Source: Vicinamibacteria bacterium
Lineage (GTDB): Bacteria > Acidobacteriota > Vicinamibacteria > Marinacidobacterales > Marinacidobacteraceae
Assembly: GCA_963555995.3 (NCBI GenBank)
Contig: OY821641.1
Span: 1,120,001-1,184,000, forward strand
Length of the DNA stretch: 64,000 nucleotides
Direction: 5' to 3'
Part shown: one piece after another, positions 10,102 through 20,002 of the stretch
Layout: the number at the start of each line of letters is the position of its first letter
Position numbering within the stretch: the stretch's first letter is position 1
Notes under the pieces: generated by a model
What the model was told of the DNA's origin: nothing
What the model saw: only the letters and a program-made list of their open reading frames with translations
Database searches by the model: none
Position numbers and translations under genes: made by a program

Positions 10102-11064
10102 GTGGCCTCTCCACCGCCGGAATCGGGTCCCCTGGAAAGCCCTGAACACCGCGCCGGCTTCGTGGCGCTGGTGGGGCTTCCGGGCGCCGGAAAGTCCACG
10201 CTGCTGAACCGCCTGGTCGGCGAGCGCCTCGCCGCTGTTCACAAGAAACCCCAGACCACCCGGCGGCGCATCCTGGGGGTGGCGCGCCGCCCGGGGCTCG
10301 AACTGATCCTGCTCGACACCCCGGGGATCCACCGCCCGCGCTCCGGCCTCGGCCGCGCGATGATGCGGGCGGTGACCGAGAGCCTCGGAGGCGCGGACGC
10401 CGCGCTCGCCGTCGTGGACGGGACGCGGCCGCTCACCGGGCGCGACCGGGACCTGCTGCGCCGGCTGGAAGGGTTTCCCGGCCCGCGGGTGATCGGGATC
10501 AACAAGACGGACGCGGCGCCGCGGGCGAGGCTCGAAGAACTCGAGGGCTTCTACCGCGAGCGGGACCTCGGGCCGGTGGTGCGTTTCTCCGCCCGCACCG
10601 GCGCGAACGTGCACGGTTCGGGCGAACCGCGGGACCGGGGGCAGGGGGACCGGACGCCCGGCTCGCTGGTCGGCGTGCTGGCGGAGCGCCTCCCCTTCAG
10701 TCCGCCGCTCTATCCCGACGGGCAGATCACCGATCTGCCGGAGGCGTTCTTCGCCTCGGAGATCGTCCGCGAGCGGCTGCTCGAACACCTCCACCAGGAG
10801 GTGCCCCACGCCGCCGCGGTGCGGATCGAGGCGTACGACGATTCGGAGCCGCTGGTGCGGATCGCGGCCTCGCTGCTGCTCGATCGGGACTCCCAGAAGG
10901 GGATCGTGATCGGCCGCGGCGGCCGGATGCTGCGGCGGATCGGCAGCGAGGCGCGCGGCCGCATCGAAAAGCGCCTCGGCCGCCGGGTCTTCCTCGACCT
11001 GCAGGTCAAGGTGCGCCAGAAATGGCGCGACAACCCCGGCATTCTCCGCGACCTGGGGCTCTGA
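10102..11064 (+). CDS. era: GTPase Era
   Basis: GLPGAGKST, PQTTR, DTPG, NKTD and KH domain (SQKGIVIGRGG). Confidence 0.96.
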   Translation: MASPPPESGPLESPEHRAGFVALVGLPGAGKSTLLNRLVGERLAAVHKKPQTTRRRILGVARRPGLELILLDTPGIHRPRSGLGRAMMRAVTESLGGADAALAVVDGTRPLTGRDRDLLRRLEGFPGPRVIGINKTDAAPRARLEELEGFYRERDLGPVVRFSARTGANVHGSGEPRDRGQGDRTPGSLVGVLAERLPFSPPLYPDGQITDLPEAFFASEIVRERLLEHLHQEVPHAAAVRIEAYDDSEPLVRIAASLLLDRDSQKGIVIGRGGRMLRRIGSEARGRIEKRLGRRVFLDLQVKVRQKWRDNPGILRDLGL

Positions 11065-11070
11065 GTTACC

Positions 11071-11099
11071 TTGACTGGAAGCGGGGTTCGGCCTACCCT
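11071..11099 (+). promoter_or_regulatory. Putative sigma70 promoter of the rpsP operon
   Basis: TTGACT-N17-TACCCT upstream of rpsP. Confidence 0.55.
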
Positions 11100-11156
11100 T
11101 CCGGCCTTCCGAGTGGCCGTCGGTGACGGCTCTTTCAGAGAAGAGAGACTCCTCAC

Positions 11157-11474
11157 GTGTTGAACATCAGGCTTGCCCGCACCGGGCGGAAGCGCGACGC
11201 CCACTTCCGGGTGGTCGTGTCCGATTCGGTGCACGGACGGGTCGGCCGCATCGTGGAGACGCTCGGCTACTACCACCCGCGCATGCCCAACGACGCCGAG
11301 GGCCGGCTGCACATCAAGGCCGACCGCGCGCGTTACTGGCTCGGGCACGGTGCGAAGCCGAGCCTCACGGTCAAGAGTTTTCTGAAGAACGCCCTCGCGG
11401 AGCCGCCCCCATCCGGGGAAAACCCGCCCGAGGGAGTGGAGTCCGGCGAGAACGGCTCCGCCCAAACCGGTTAA
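11157..11474 (+). CDS. rpsP: 30S ribosomal protein S16
   Basis: MLNIRLARTGRK..FRVVV..GRIVETLGYY..YWLGHGAKPSLTV. Confidence 0.97.
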   Translation: MLNIRLARTGRKRDAHFRVVVSDSVHGRVGRIVETLGYYHPRMPNDAEGRLHIKADRARYWLGHGAKPSLTVKSFLKNALAEPPPSGENPPEGVESGENGSAQTG

Positions 11475-11513
11475 GGGACCCCCTCCCGACGTGACCAGGA
11501 GACATGGAGAACA

Positions 11514-12176
11514 ATGGCTTCTGGCGCGACGGCATCCGGGTCGGGGCACGAAGACCGGCTAGGCCGGTCTGGCCCCCGGGACGACGCTCCGGCGGACGTT
11601 CCCGCCGGCGCTGACCCCGAGGCCGCCGCCGAGGTCGTCATCGGGCAGGTGGTCCGGCCGTTCGGCCGCCGGGGCGAGGTCTTCGTCGAACCGCTGACCG
11701 ACGATCCCGGCCGGTTCTTCGAGATCGGGAGCGCCGAAGTCGGCCCTCCGGAGCGGCCGGGGACCCGGCGCGGCCTCGAATCGGTGCGCATCCACAAGGG
11801 ACGCCCGGTGATCCGGTTCGACGGCATCACCGACATCACGTCCGCCGAGACGCTCCGGGGGATGGAAGTCCGGATCGGCGCGGCGGAACGCGCCCCGTTG
11901 CCGGAGGGCCGCTACTACTCCGACCAGCTCGTCGGCTGCCGGGCCGAGACCGAGGAGGGCGCGCCGCTCGGCGAGATCGTGGACACCCTCGACACGGCGG
12001 GCCCCAGCCTCCTCGTCCTCCGCGGCCCGGACGGGTCCGAGGACCTCATCCCCTTCGTCGAGGCCCTCTGCGTCCGGGTCGAACCGCCTGCCGGCGAGGC
12101 CGCCGGCCGGGTCGTTCTCGACATCCCGGACGGCCTCCTCGGGCTCAACGCCCCGGCTCCCGCCAATGCGCGTTGA
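11514..12176 (+). CDS. rimM: Ribosome maturation factor RimM
   Basis: IGQVVRPFGRRGEV, YYSDQLVGC, LIPFV; rpsP-trmD synteny. Confidence 0.94.
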   Translation: MASGATASGSGHEDRLGRSGPRDDAPADVPAGADPEAAAEVVIGQVVRPFGRRGEVFVEPLTDDPGRFFEIGSAEVGPPERPGTRRGLESVRIHKGRPVIRFDGITDITSAETLRGMEVRIGAAERAPLPEGRYYSDQLVGCRAETEEGAPLGEIVDTLDTAGPSLLVLRGPDGSEDLIPFVEALCVRVEPPAGEAAGRVVLDIPDGLLGLNAPAPANAR

Positions 12177-12906
12177 CATCCTGAGCCTCCTCCCCGGCAT
12201 GTTCGGGGAGGTCTTCGACCACGGCATCGTGCGGCGGGCGCGGCAGGCCGGCCTCCTGCGGATCGAGACGCACGCGCTCACCGACTGGACCGAGGGCCGC
12301 TTCCAGCGGGCCGACGACGCTCCCTACGGCGGCGGGCCCGGCATGGTCATGCGCGTCGAGCCGCTCGTCGAGGCGGTGGAGGCGATCCGCGGACTCGACG
12401 CGGCGAAGCCCCGGGTGGTCCTGCTGTCGCCGCGCGGCCGGCAGCTCGACCAGACGGTGGTCACCGAGCTCGCCCGCGAACCGCGGCTGCTGCTGGTCGC
12501 CGGGCGCTACGAGGGCGTGGACGAGCGCTTCGCCGCGCTCAGCGGCGCCGAGGAGCTGTCGGTCGGCGACTACGTCCTTTCCGGGGGAGAGATCCCGGCC
12601 ATGGTCGTGGTGGACGCCGTGACCCGGCTGCTCCCCGGCGCCGTCGGAGACTCCGAATCCGTGGTCCGGGAGTCGTTCGCCGCCGGGCTCCTCGAGCACG
12701 CCCAGTACACCCGTCCCCCGGTCTTCCGGGGGAGGGAGGTGCCGCCGGTTCTCCTGTCGGGGAACCACGAGGCGGTTCGCCGGTTCCGGCTGGAAGAGTC
12801 GGTCGAGGTGACCCGGAACCGGAGGCCCGACCTGTTCTCGACGTTCGCGGGAGCGCGAGCGGCGGCCTCGAAACCGAATCCAGAACCGAAGGAGAAAACG
12901 TCATGA
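12166..12906 (+). CDS. trmD: tRNA (guanine37-N1)-methyltransferase
   Basis: DDAPYGGGPGMVM, GRYEGVDER, SVGDYVLSGGE, YTRP. Confidence 0.98.
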   Translation: MRVDILSLLPGMFGEVFDHGIVRRARQAGLLRIETHALTDWTEGRFQRADDAPYGGGPGMVMRVEPLVEAVEAIRGLDAAKPRVVLLSPRGRQLDQTVVTELAREPRLLLVAGRYEGVDERFAALSGAEELSVGDYVLSGGEIPAMVVVDAVTRLLPGAVGDSESVVRESFAAGLLEHAQYTRPPVFRGREVPPVLLSGNHEAVRRFRLEESVEVTRNRRPDLFSTFAGARAAASKPNPEPKEKTS

Positions 12907-13352
12907 ACGTGAGTGAGCCAGAGGCCGTGGACGCCCCGGAGGAGACCGCCCTCGCGGTCCCGGTGGACGCGGATGTCGAGCCGGAGCCGCCGCGCGTCAA
13001 GCCGGGGGCCGAGATCCTTCGGGAACTCGAGACCGCCGACCTGAAGGCGGACCGCCCGGACCTCCATCCCGGCGACGCGGTCCGGGTCCACGCGACCATC
13101 CGCGAGGGGGACCGGGAGCGCATCCAGATCTTCGAGGGGATCCTGATCGCGATGAAGCACGGCGGGAACCGCCGCACGATCACGGTCCGCAAGACCTCGT
13201 TCGGCGTCGCTGTCGAGCGGATCTTTCCGCTGCATTCGCCCCTGGTGGCGAAGGTGGAGGTCGTCCGCTCGCACCACGTACGCCGCGCCAAGCTCTATTT
13301 CCTCCGCAAGCGGAAGGGGAAGGCCGCCCGGCTCCGCGAGAAACGACGCTAG
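12903..13352 (+). CDS. rplS: 50S ribosomal protein L19 with acidic/Pro-rich N-terminal extension
   Basis: RERIQIFEG, TVRKTSFGVAVERIFPLHSP, VRRAKLYFLR. Confidence 0.97.
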   Translation: MNVSEPEAVDAPEETALAVPVDADVEPEPPRVKPGAEILRELETADLKADRPDLHPGDAVRVHATIREGDRERIQIFEGILIAMKHGGNRRTITVRKTSFGVAVERIFPLHSPLVAKVEVVRSHHVRRAKLYFLRKRKGKAARLREKRR

Positions 13353-13376
13353 TCAAACACCCCGTGCCACGAGCAC

Positions 13377-14165
13377 TCGGAGCGCCGGCCTCCGGCCGCG
13401 AACCCCTCATGCTCGGGTCCTCCTGCGCACGCCGCCGCGCATGAAACGGCGGAGGCGGCTGGGACCGCCGCTCTTCAGAGCGGCACCGCGGGCCGCAGGC
13501 CCGCGGATGTCGTGTCGCTGTTTGCGGTGACGAACCGGGAGCAGAGCGCCACCGCGCCGGTCAGCGTCGTGCCGTGCGCTGCGCGGTTGCGCAGCGAGTG
13601 CCGGTCTGAAGACCGGCGCTCCCAGCCGGCGGCGCCACCTACGTTCGTGCGGAGCGCCGGCCTCCGGCCGGCATCGCGCGGGAGCGCGAAACCTACATGA
13701 TCGGTCCTCCGGCACACCCCGCCGGGCATGAAAACGGCGGAAACGGCTTGGAACGCCGGCTTCAGCCGGCACCGCGGGCCGCAGGCTCGCGGGCGACGTG
13801 TCGCGGTTCGGCCTTGCGGGATGCCATTACCGAAACGTCCGGTCTGTTCAGGTCGGCGCAGAAAAAGAACCACTCCGCAGATCAACGTCGGGCCGTGCGC
13901 TGCGCTGTCGCGCAGCGCGTGCCGGCTGAAGCCGGCGTTCCAGGCCGGCCGCGCCATCACTGCACCTGGCCGACCCGCGCGGGACTGCCTTTACACAGCA
14001 AACCCGCGCTGAGGGTGCTGCTTCCCGTGAACGCGGCCACGTTCGGCTCGTTTCGGACGGCGCGACGCCGTTCCGGGGTGGGATCGCGCCAAAGGAAATC
14101 CGTTGGGGCGCGCGTTTCGCGGCCTGCGGCCGCGATGTCGGCCGGAGGCCGGCGCTCCGAGCCGT
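13377..14165. repeat. Large composite REP cluster (family 1)
   Basis: At least 7 REP-type hairpins (TCTTCAGA, CTTCAG and CCTCCGG cores) and a module shared with 27150-27330. Confidence 0.85.
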
Positions 14166-14169
14166 TTTC

Positions 14170-14808
14170 GTGACCGGCACGGGCGATTCGTTCCCCTTGG
14201 GATCGCCGGATCGCCCCGTCGCCTGCGCGATCTGCGCCGTCCGCGAGCTGTCGGTGGACCATCTCCTCGACCTCTACGCGCTCGGGGTGGACTTCTTCCA
14301 GTTGCGCGACCGGGAGGTCTCCGACCGCGAGTTCGAACGGTTTCTGGTTGGCCTCGCTTCCCGGGCCCCGGAGGTCCTGTCGCGCGTCGTCGTGAACGAC
14401 CGGCTGGCGCTCGCCGCCGCGTTCCCGGTGGCCGGCGTCCACCTGCCCGAGGCCGGCCTGGCGGTCGCGGCCGTCCGCGCCCGGTTCCCCCGGGGCCGGC
14501 TGCTCATCGGCCGCTCGGTGCACGGGGTGGACGCGGCCGCCGCCGCGGAAGAGGACGGGGCCGACTACGTGATCCTCGGACCGGTCGCGCCCACCGGCGG
14601 CAAGCGCCCCCTGCCGCCGGAGGTCTTCCGCGAGACCTGCCGGCGGCTCCGGATTCCCGTGTGGGTGGTCGGGGGGCTGGGACCCGAAAACCTCGATCTC
14701 CTGCGCGGGGCAGGGGTCTCCGGTTTCGCGGCGATCCGTTCGTTCCGCGATGCCGGCCGGGCTCGCGCCTTCGTCGCCCGCTGCGCCGATCCGGGGATGG
14801 GCAAGTAA
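14170..14808 (+). CDS. Thiamine phosphate synthase / TenI family protein
   Basis: FQLRDR, VVNDR, GVHL, IGRSVH, GADYVILGPV, GGL. Confidence 0.85.
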   Translation: MTGTGDSFPLGSPDRPVACAICAVRELSVDHLLDLYALGVDFFQLRDREVSDREFERFLVGLASRAPEVLSRVVVNDRLALAAAFPVAGVHLPEAGLAVAAVRARFPRGRLLIGRSVHGVDAAAAAEEDGADYVILGPVAPTGGKRPLPPEVFRETCRRLRIPVWVVGGLGPENLDLLRGAGVSGFAAIRSFRDAGRARAFVARCADPGMGK

Positions 14809-14826
14809 ACTGACGGGGTTCCCTTC

Positions 14827-16404
14827 ATGACCACTCGCGTGGCATGGCTCTCGGCTCTGATCGGGCTCGCGGTTGCGCCGCCGCTCCTCGCCCAGACAGG
14901 AGCCGATGCCCAGCTCGAACGTGCCGCCGAACGGCGTTTCCGGAGTGCGGAGCAGTTCTACGCGGGCGGGCGTCACGGACAGGCGCTGCGCGACTTCGAA
15001 GCCATCCTGGACACCATGCCGGAGAGCCGGCTCGCCGACGACGCGGCGCTCCGCATCGCCCGGCACCGCTTCGACGTGGAGGGGGACCCGGCCGCCGCCG
15101 CGGCGATGGTGGACCGGCTGTTCCGCGCCTATCCGGCGGGCGACTCGATCCCGGGGGCGCACCTGCTGCTCGGCGAGATCGCCAGCCGGAGCCTTCCGCC
15201 GCGCCCCGAGGACGCCCTGGCCGAGTACGAGCGCGTGCTGACCGCGAGCGGCGCCGCCGACTCTCCCTGGTCGTTCGCGGCGCTCACCGGGATCGCGGCG
15301 ATCGCGTCCGACTTCATGGATGACCGGACGGTGGCGGGGGCGCTGCTCTCCGCGCTCCACGAGACGCGCGCCGCTCCGGCGTCCGCCGCCGAGCGGTTCC
15401 GCGCCCGGTTGCTGCTCGCCCGCACCCTCGCGCGGCTGGGCGAGTCGGACGCCGCCCTCGGTGAGGTCGCCGGCCTCCGCGCCGACCTCCTGCGGGTGGT
15501 CCGGGACGAGGCCGCCGGCGGCGCCGCGCCCGCCGGCGGGGCGAACGGGGCCTTCTCGGCGGCGGGGCTCGCGGAAGAAGCCCGGAAGCTCGCCACCCTC
15601 GTTTCGCGTTACCGGGCGCCCGACGGTCCCGCCTGGCGCTTCGCCGGGGCGATCCAGCCGCCGCAGCGCCTCGACCGGCCGCTTCGGGTGCGGGTCGCGG
15701 GCGGCAGCCTCCACGTCCTCGACCGGGACACCGACGAGTTGCAGACGTTCACGCCGGAGGGCGCGTTCGAGGAAGCCATCGGGGTCGAAGATCCCCGGGA
15801 CCTGGCGTTCAACGACAACGGCGCGGCGGGCGCCCCGACCGCGGTCCCGGTGGTGGCGGCCGAGGGCGCGCTGATCGTCGGCGGCAACCTGATGACGCTC
15901 CGCCTCGAGAACGGCCCCGAACGCCTCCGCCGCATCCGCGCCCTCACCGTCGCCCCCGAGGGCTACTGGGTCTGGGACGACCGCGAGAAGGGGGTGTTCC
16001 GGTTCGCGCGGTCGGGCCTCTATCTCGGGCGGGTGGCGCATCCCCGGCTGAACGAGGTGCACCGCATCGAGCGGCACCCCGCCGGACACCTGGTCGTGGT
16101 CGAGGACCGGCAGGGAGTCCTCGCCTTCGATGCGGAGGGCCGGCGCATCTTCCACCTGGCGCGCGATGCCGGCTTCCCCGAACCCGTGGACGTGGCCTTC
16201 GACGCGCTGGGCAATCTCTTCGTGCTGGACCGCGACGGCCCCACCCTCGGCATCTTCGACCGGGACTTCCGTCCGCTGGTGACCCTCAGGGGAGAAGCGT
16301 GGTCGGGAGGAGCGGTGCGCCGTCCGGTATCGCTCGACGTGGGTCTCGACGGGGTGCTCTACGTCCTCGACGAGTCCACGCGCGCCGTGGCGGTGCTCCG
16401 GTAA
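14827..16404 (+). CDS. Exported TPR (BamD/CpoB-like) plus NHL beta-propeller protein
   Basis: Signal peptide, TPR-like helices (PESRLADDA, YPAGD), C-terminal NHL repeats (EPVDVAFDALGNLFVLD; RPVSLDVGLDGVLYVLD). Confidence 0.7.
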   Translation: MTTRVAWLSALIGLAVAPPLLAQTGADAQLERAAERRFRSAEQFYAGGRHGQALRDFEAILDTMPESRLADDAALRIARHRFDVEGDPAAAAAMVDRLFRAYPAGDSIPGAHLLLGEIASRSLPPRPEDALAEYERVLTASGAADSPWSFAALTGIAAIASDFMDDRTVAGALLSALHETRAAPASAAERFRARLLLARTLARLGESDAALGEVAGLRADLLRVVRDEAAGGAAPAGGANGAFSAAGLAEEARKLATLVSRYRAPDGPAWRFAGAIQPPQRLDRPLRVRVAGGSLHVLDRDTDELQTFTPEGAFEEAIGVEDPRDLAFNDNGAAGAPTAVPVVAAEGALIVGGNLMTLRLENGPERLRRIRALTVAPEGYWVWDDREKGVFRFARSGLYLGRVAHPRLNEVHRIERHPAGHLVVVEDRQGVLAFDAEGRRIFHLARDAGFPEPVDVAFDALGNLFVLDRDGPTLGIFDRDFRPLVTLRGEAWSGGAVRRPVSLDVGLDGVLYVLDESTRAVAVLR

Positions 16405-16410
16405 CGCGGC

Positions 16411-18462
16411 GTGAGCTCCCTCCGGACCGGGGCCGTTTTCGCGCCGGTCCCGCTCCTGTTCGCGCTTCTCCCGGCCGGCATCCCGGCGCAGGAGATGGCC
16501 GCCGCGGACCCGGCCGCCATCGCCGGCGACCTGCGGACCCTCCGGCCGCAGACCGGAGATCCCGATCTGGCGGTGGAGGCGGTGCTGGCCCTCACCGCGA
16601 TCCTGGACCGGCTCGACGCGGCCCGCGACCGGGAGGGGCGTCTCCCCGAGATCGAGAACGAACTCTTCCTGCGCGCCCTCGAGTACCGCGCCCGGGCCCA
16701 CGTGACCCGGGCGTCGCCCGAACAGGCCTCCGACGACCTGCGCCTGCTGATCCTGGCGGACCCGGCGTGGCGGCTCGACGTCGCCGGCCTTTCGCCCGCG
16801 GTGCTGGACCTCTTCGAGGAGCAGCGCAGCGAGCTGCTCGCCTACCTCACCGTCCGGACCGAGCCCGCCGGGGTCACCGTGTTCGTCGAGGACCAGCCCG
16901 TCGGCGCCACGCCGCTGACCGGGCGCCCGGTGTTCGCCGGGCTGCTGACGATCCGGCTGGAGCGCCCCGGATTCACTGTCTACACCGAACCGCGCCGCGA
17001 GGTGCTGGCGGGCGAGAGGATCGCGATCGAGCACGAGATGGTGCGCAGCCGTCCGGTCCTTTCGGTGATCACTTCGCCGGCGGGGGTCACGGTGCGGGTC
17101 GGGGGCCGCGTCGCGGGCGTCACCGGCGGCAGTCTTCCGGAGGACCTCCGGCCCCTGGTGCCGCCGCGCTTCGCGCGCGACGAGTTCTCGGCCCCGCTCC
17201 AGCTCGGCCTCCTCGAGACGGGCGCCAACGAGATCACCCTCGAGGCGCCCTGCCGGACCCCGTCCCGGTTCACCTTCCACGCCGACGAGCCCCGCGACTA
17301 CCTGCCGCGCTTCGTGCGGCTCCGTCCCTCCACCGGGGGTCTGCGGATCGAGAGCGAGCCCAGCGGCGCGGCGGTGGTGCTCGACGGCGAGGAGCGCGGG
17401 GTGACCCCGCTCTCGTTCTCGGCGATGTGCTCGGGGGAACACGAGGTCGAGATCCGGCACCCCGCCGGCCGCTGCGCCCGTTCCGTCACGGTCTCGCGGG
17501 GTTCCCGGACCGCCGTTTCCTGCGAGGTGTTGCCCGTGCTCGCGATGACGCCGAGCGACCCGGAGGAGACTTCCGACGCCGACCGCGCGGTCCGCCGGGT
17601 GCTGGAGGCGCGGGACGACTACTTCGTCGTGGACGGCGGGGACGCGCCCGGCGTGCAGGCGCGGGTGCGGGTGCGGCTGCCGGAACCGGGAGCGGGGCCG
17701 GCGCAGGTCGAGTTCCTCGCCGCCGGGTCGCGGACGCCGGACGTGGCGCCGTTCGACCGCTTCGCCCCGGCGAGCGCGGGCGCTGCGGCCGAGCGGCTCC
17801 TCACCCCGCCGACGCGCCGCCGTTCCTGGACCGGCCTGACGGCGGTGGCGCTCGCGAACTCCGGCGCGGAGGACGGCTCCGCGGGTCTCCGGGTCACGAG
17901 CGTCCACCCGGCGGGTCCGGCGGTGCTCGCCGGGGTGGAACCGGGAGACGAGCTTCGCGAGGTGGAGGGCCGGCTCCTGTCCGACGAGCTCGGGCTCGCC
18001 GAGCTGGTCGCGGGCGAACCGCCGGACACGACGATCGGTCTCGTGGTGCGGCGCGAGGGCAACGAACGGCAACTGCGCCTCGTCCTCGCCGAGACCCCCG
18101 TGCTGCCCTCCCTGTCGGCGGGAGAGTGCAACCGGCGCCTGGTCGAACTGGAGGCGGACTTCGCGAGGGGCCGGAGCGACGCCACCCGCCAGCTCGAGGC
18201 GGGGATCTGCTGGATCCTGCTGGGAGATCCGGAGCGCGCCCTGGTCCGCTACCTGGCCGAGGCGCGGGGGGCGGCGGGGGCCGGGATCGGCGAGGGCACC
18301 GTCTTCTACTACCGGGCGCTCGCCCTCGACGCCCTCGGTGAACGGGCGCGGGCCGCGCGGGCGTTCGAGGCGGCGGCGGCGGTGCCCGGCGCCACCCTGG
18401 TGACGCACGACGGACCGCTGCTCGCGCCCCTCGCCTCCCGGCGGCTCGGGACCGCGCGGTGA
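16411..18462 (+). CDS. Exported PEGA-domain protein with PDZ domain and TPR-like C-terminus
   Basis: Repeated PEGA motifs (VRTEPAGVTVFV..GATP; IESEPSGAAVVLDG..GVTP) and PDZ (GLRVTSVHPAGPAVLAGVEPGD). Confidence 0.8.
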   Translation: MSSLRTGAVFAPVPLLFALLPAGIPAQEMAAADPAAIAGDLRTLRPQTGDPDLAVEAVLALTAILDRLDAARDREGRLPEIENELFLRALEYRARAHVTRASPEQASDDLRLLILADPAWRLDVAGLSPAVLDLFEEQRSELLAYLTVRTEPAGVTVFVEDQPVGATPLTGRPVFAGLLTIRLERPGFTVYTEPRREVLAGERIAIEHEMVRSRPVLSVITSPAGVTVRVGGRVAGVTGGSLPEDLRPLVPPRFARDEFSAPLQLGLLETGANEITLEAPCRTPSRFTFHADEPRDYLPRFVRLRPSTGGLRIESEPSGAAVVLDGEERGVTPLSFSAMCSGEHEVEIRHPAGRCARSVTVSRGSRTAVSCEVLPVLAMTPSDPEETSDADRAVRRVLEARDDYFVVDGGDAPGVQARVRVRLPEPGAGPAQVEFLAAGSRTPDVAPFDRFAPASAGAAAERLLTPPTRRRSWTGLTAVALANSGAEDGSAGLRVTSVHPAGPAVLAGVEPGDELREVEGRLLSDELGLAELVAGEPPDTTIGLVVRREGNERQLRLVLAETPVLPSLSAGECNRRLVELEADFARGRSDATRQLEAGICWILLGDPERALVRYLAEARGAAGAGIGEGTVFYYRALALDALGERARAARAFEAAAAVPGATLVTHDGPLLAPLASRRLGTAR

Positions 18463-19088
18463 CCGAGCGCACCGGTCCGACGCGCTCGCTCTACGCGCTC
18501 GTCGTGGAGAACGTCCGGTCGGGCACGACCCCCGGAGAACGTCTCGAACCCCCGGTGCGCTACGAGATCCAGAACCGCGAGACGAGCGTCGGCCGCTCTC
18601 CCGAGTGCGCCATCCGGCTCGACGACATCTTCGTGAGCCGCAAGCACGCCCGGCTGGTGCTCCGCGACTTCGAGCTGCACCTCGAGGACCTGGAGAGCAC
18701 CAACCAGACCCGCGTCAACGGGGCGCCGGTGCCCACCCGGGTCCGGATCCATCCGGGGGACGTACTGCTCTTCGGCGGGGCGCGTTGCCGCATCGAATCC
18801 ACCGCCGGCGCGGATGCGGCGGCCCCCGGCGCGCCGGCCCCCGCCGGTCAGGAGGCTGCCGGAACCGGGGAGCCTGCCGGCGGCGGCGAGGCCGGAGAGA
18901 CGCCCCCCGCGGACGCTGACGCGGAGGAGCCGGCCGGCGAGGAATCGTTGCCGTGGCCCCCGGCCGCACCGCCGCGGCTGCACGTCGCCGGGCCACTCCC
19001 CGGGGAACCCGGGCGAACGCGCCTCCGGTTCCTCGCGGTGGCGGTGGCCGCGCTGGCCATCGTGGCCGCCGCCTGGTTCCTCCTTTGA
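18459..19088 (+). CDS. FHA domain protein with C-terminal membrane anchor
   Basis: VGRSPEC..VSRKHA..DLESTNQTRVNG..GDVLLFG, low-complexity linker, C-terminal hydrophobic helix. Confidence 0.88.
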   Translation: MTERTGPTRSLYALVVENVRSGTTPGERLEPPVRYEIQNRETSVGRSPECAIRLDDIFVSRKHARLVLRDFELHLEDLESTNQTRVNGAPVPTRVRIHPGDVLLFGGARCRIESTAGADAAAPGAPAPAGQEAAGTGEPAGGGEAGETPPADADAEEPAGEESLPWPPAAPPRLHVAGPLPGEPGRTRLRFLAVAVAALAIVAAAWFLL

Positions 19089-20002
19089 CGGTGCGCCCTC
19101 CGCCGGTCCTTCCCGGCGCCACCGTGGGGATCCTGGCGCCGGCGAGCCCGGTGCAGCTCCCCTGGCTCGAAGCCGGCGAGGCGGAACTCCGCCGCGTTGG
19201 ACTGGTGCCGCGCCGGTCCCGCAATCTCCTGAAGCGGACCGTGTACACCGCCGGGTCCGCGGCCGAGCGCACCGAGGATTTCCTCGAGCTGCTCGAGGAC
19301 GGCGAGGTGAGCGCGCTCTTCGGCGCCCGTGGGGGCTATGGCTGCCTTGATCTCCTGCCCCGGATTCCGGCGGACCGGCTCCGCCAGAGCCCCAAGGCGA
19401 TTCTCGGGGGGAGCGATCTGACCGCGCTGCTGGCGCTCGCTGCGGGGGCGGGGGGCGTTTCCTTCCACGGCCCGATGGTCGCGCAGCAGATCGCCCGCGG
19501 GCCGTCGCGCTGGGATGCCGAGGAAACGCTCGGGCTGTTGCGGGCGCGCGAACCCGGCTTCGGGCTGCCCTGGCGGCAGGCGGAGAGCCTCCACCCGGGG
19601 CGCGCCGAGGGGGTCCTGCGGGGCGGCTGCCTCTCGATCCTGGCCGCGCTCGCCGGGACGCCGTTCGCGACCTCGTTCCGGGGCGCGATCGCCGTCCTCG
19701 AGGACATCGCCGTCAAGCCGTACCAGATCGAGCGGATGCTGGTCCAGCTCGCGCTCGCCGGACTGCTCGACGGGGTGCGGGGCATCGTCTTCGGCCGGAT
19801 GCCCGGCTGCACCCAGCATCCGGACCAGGGGTACACCACGGCCGAGCTCCTCGCCCGTCTCAGCGAGCGGTTCGAGGTCCCCGTCGCCTTCGGCTTCGCC
19901 ACCGGCCACACCGACGACGAACCCTGCCGGACGGTCCCGCTCGGAGTGAGAGCCCGGATGGACGAAGACGGACTGACGCTGCTCGAAGGCGCGGTGGCGT
20001 GA
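19085..20002 (+). CDS. ldcA: LD-carboxypeptidase (peptidase S66)
   Basis: APASP, RGGYG, GGSDLT, HGPM, LEDI, TGH motifs. Confidence 0.92.
   Translation: MTVRPPPVLPGATVGILAPASPVQLPWLEAGEAELRRVGLVPRRSRNLLKRTVYTAGSAAERTEDFLELLEDGEVSALFGARGGYGCLDLLPRIPADRLRQSPKAILGGSDLTALLALAAGAGGVSFHGPMVAQQIARGPSRWDAEETLGLLRAREPGFGLPWRQAESLHPGRAEGVLRGGCLSILAALAGTPFATSFRGAIAVLEDIAVKPYQIERMLVQLALAGLLDGVRGIVFGRMPGCTQHPDQGYTTAELLARLSERFEVPVAFGFATGHTDDEPCRTVPLGVRARMDEDGLTLLEGAVA

Noticed and set aside
11474-11514. Absence of khpA between rpsP and rimM
   Set aside because: Common lineage variation; not informative by itself
13407-14180. ORFs with recurring WNAGFSRH / CRLKPAFQ / CRSEDRRSQ peptides as a repeat-protein family
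   Set aside because: They are translations of REP palindromes in varying frames and strands
13957-18408. 1483-aa minus-strand ORF and other long antisense ORFs (e.g. 44127..47504, 45325..48534, 51527..54847, 5434..7755)
   Set aside because: Shadow frames of real genes in high-GC DNA; Arg/Gly/Pro-rich with no motifs
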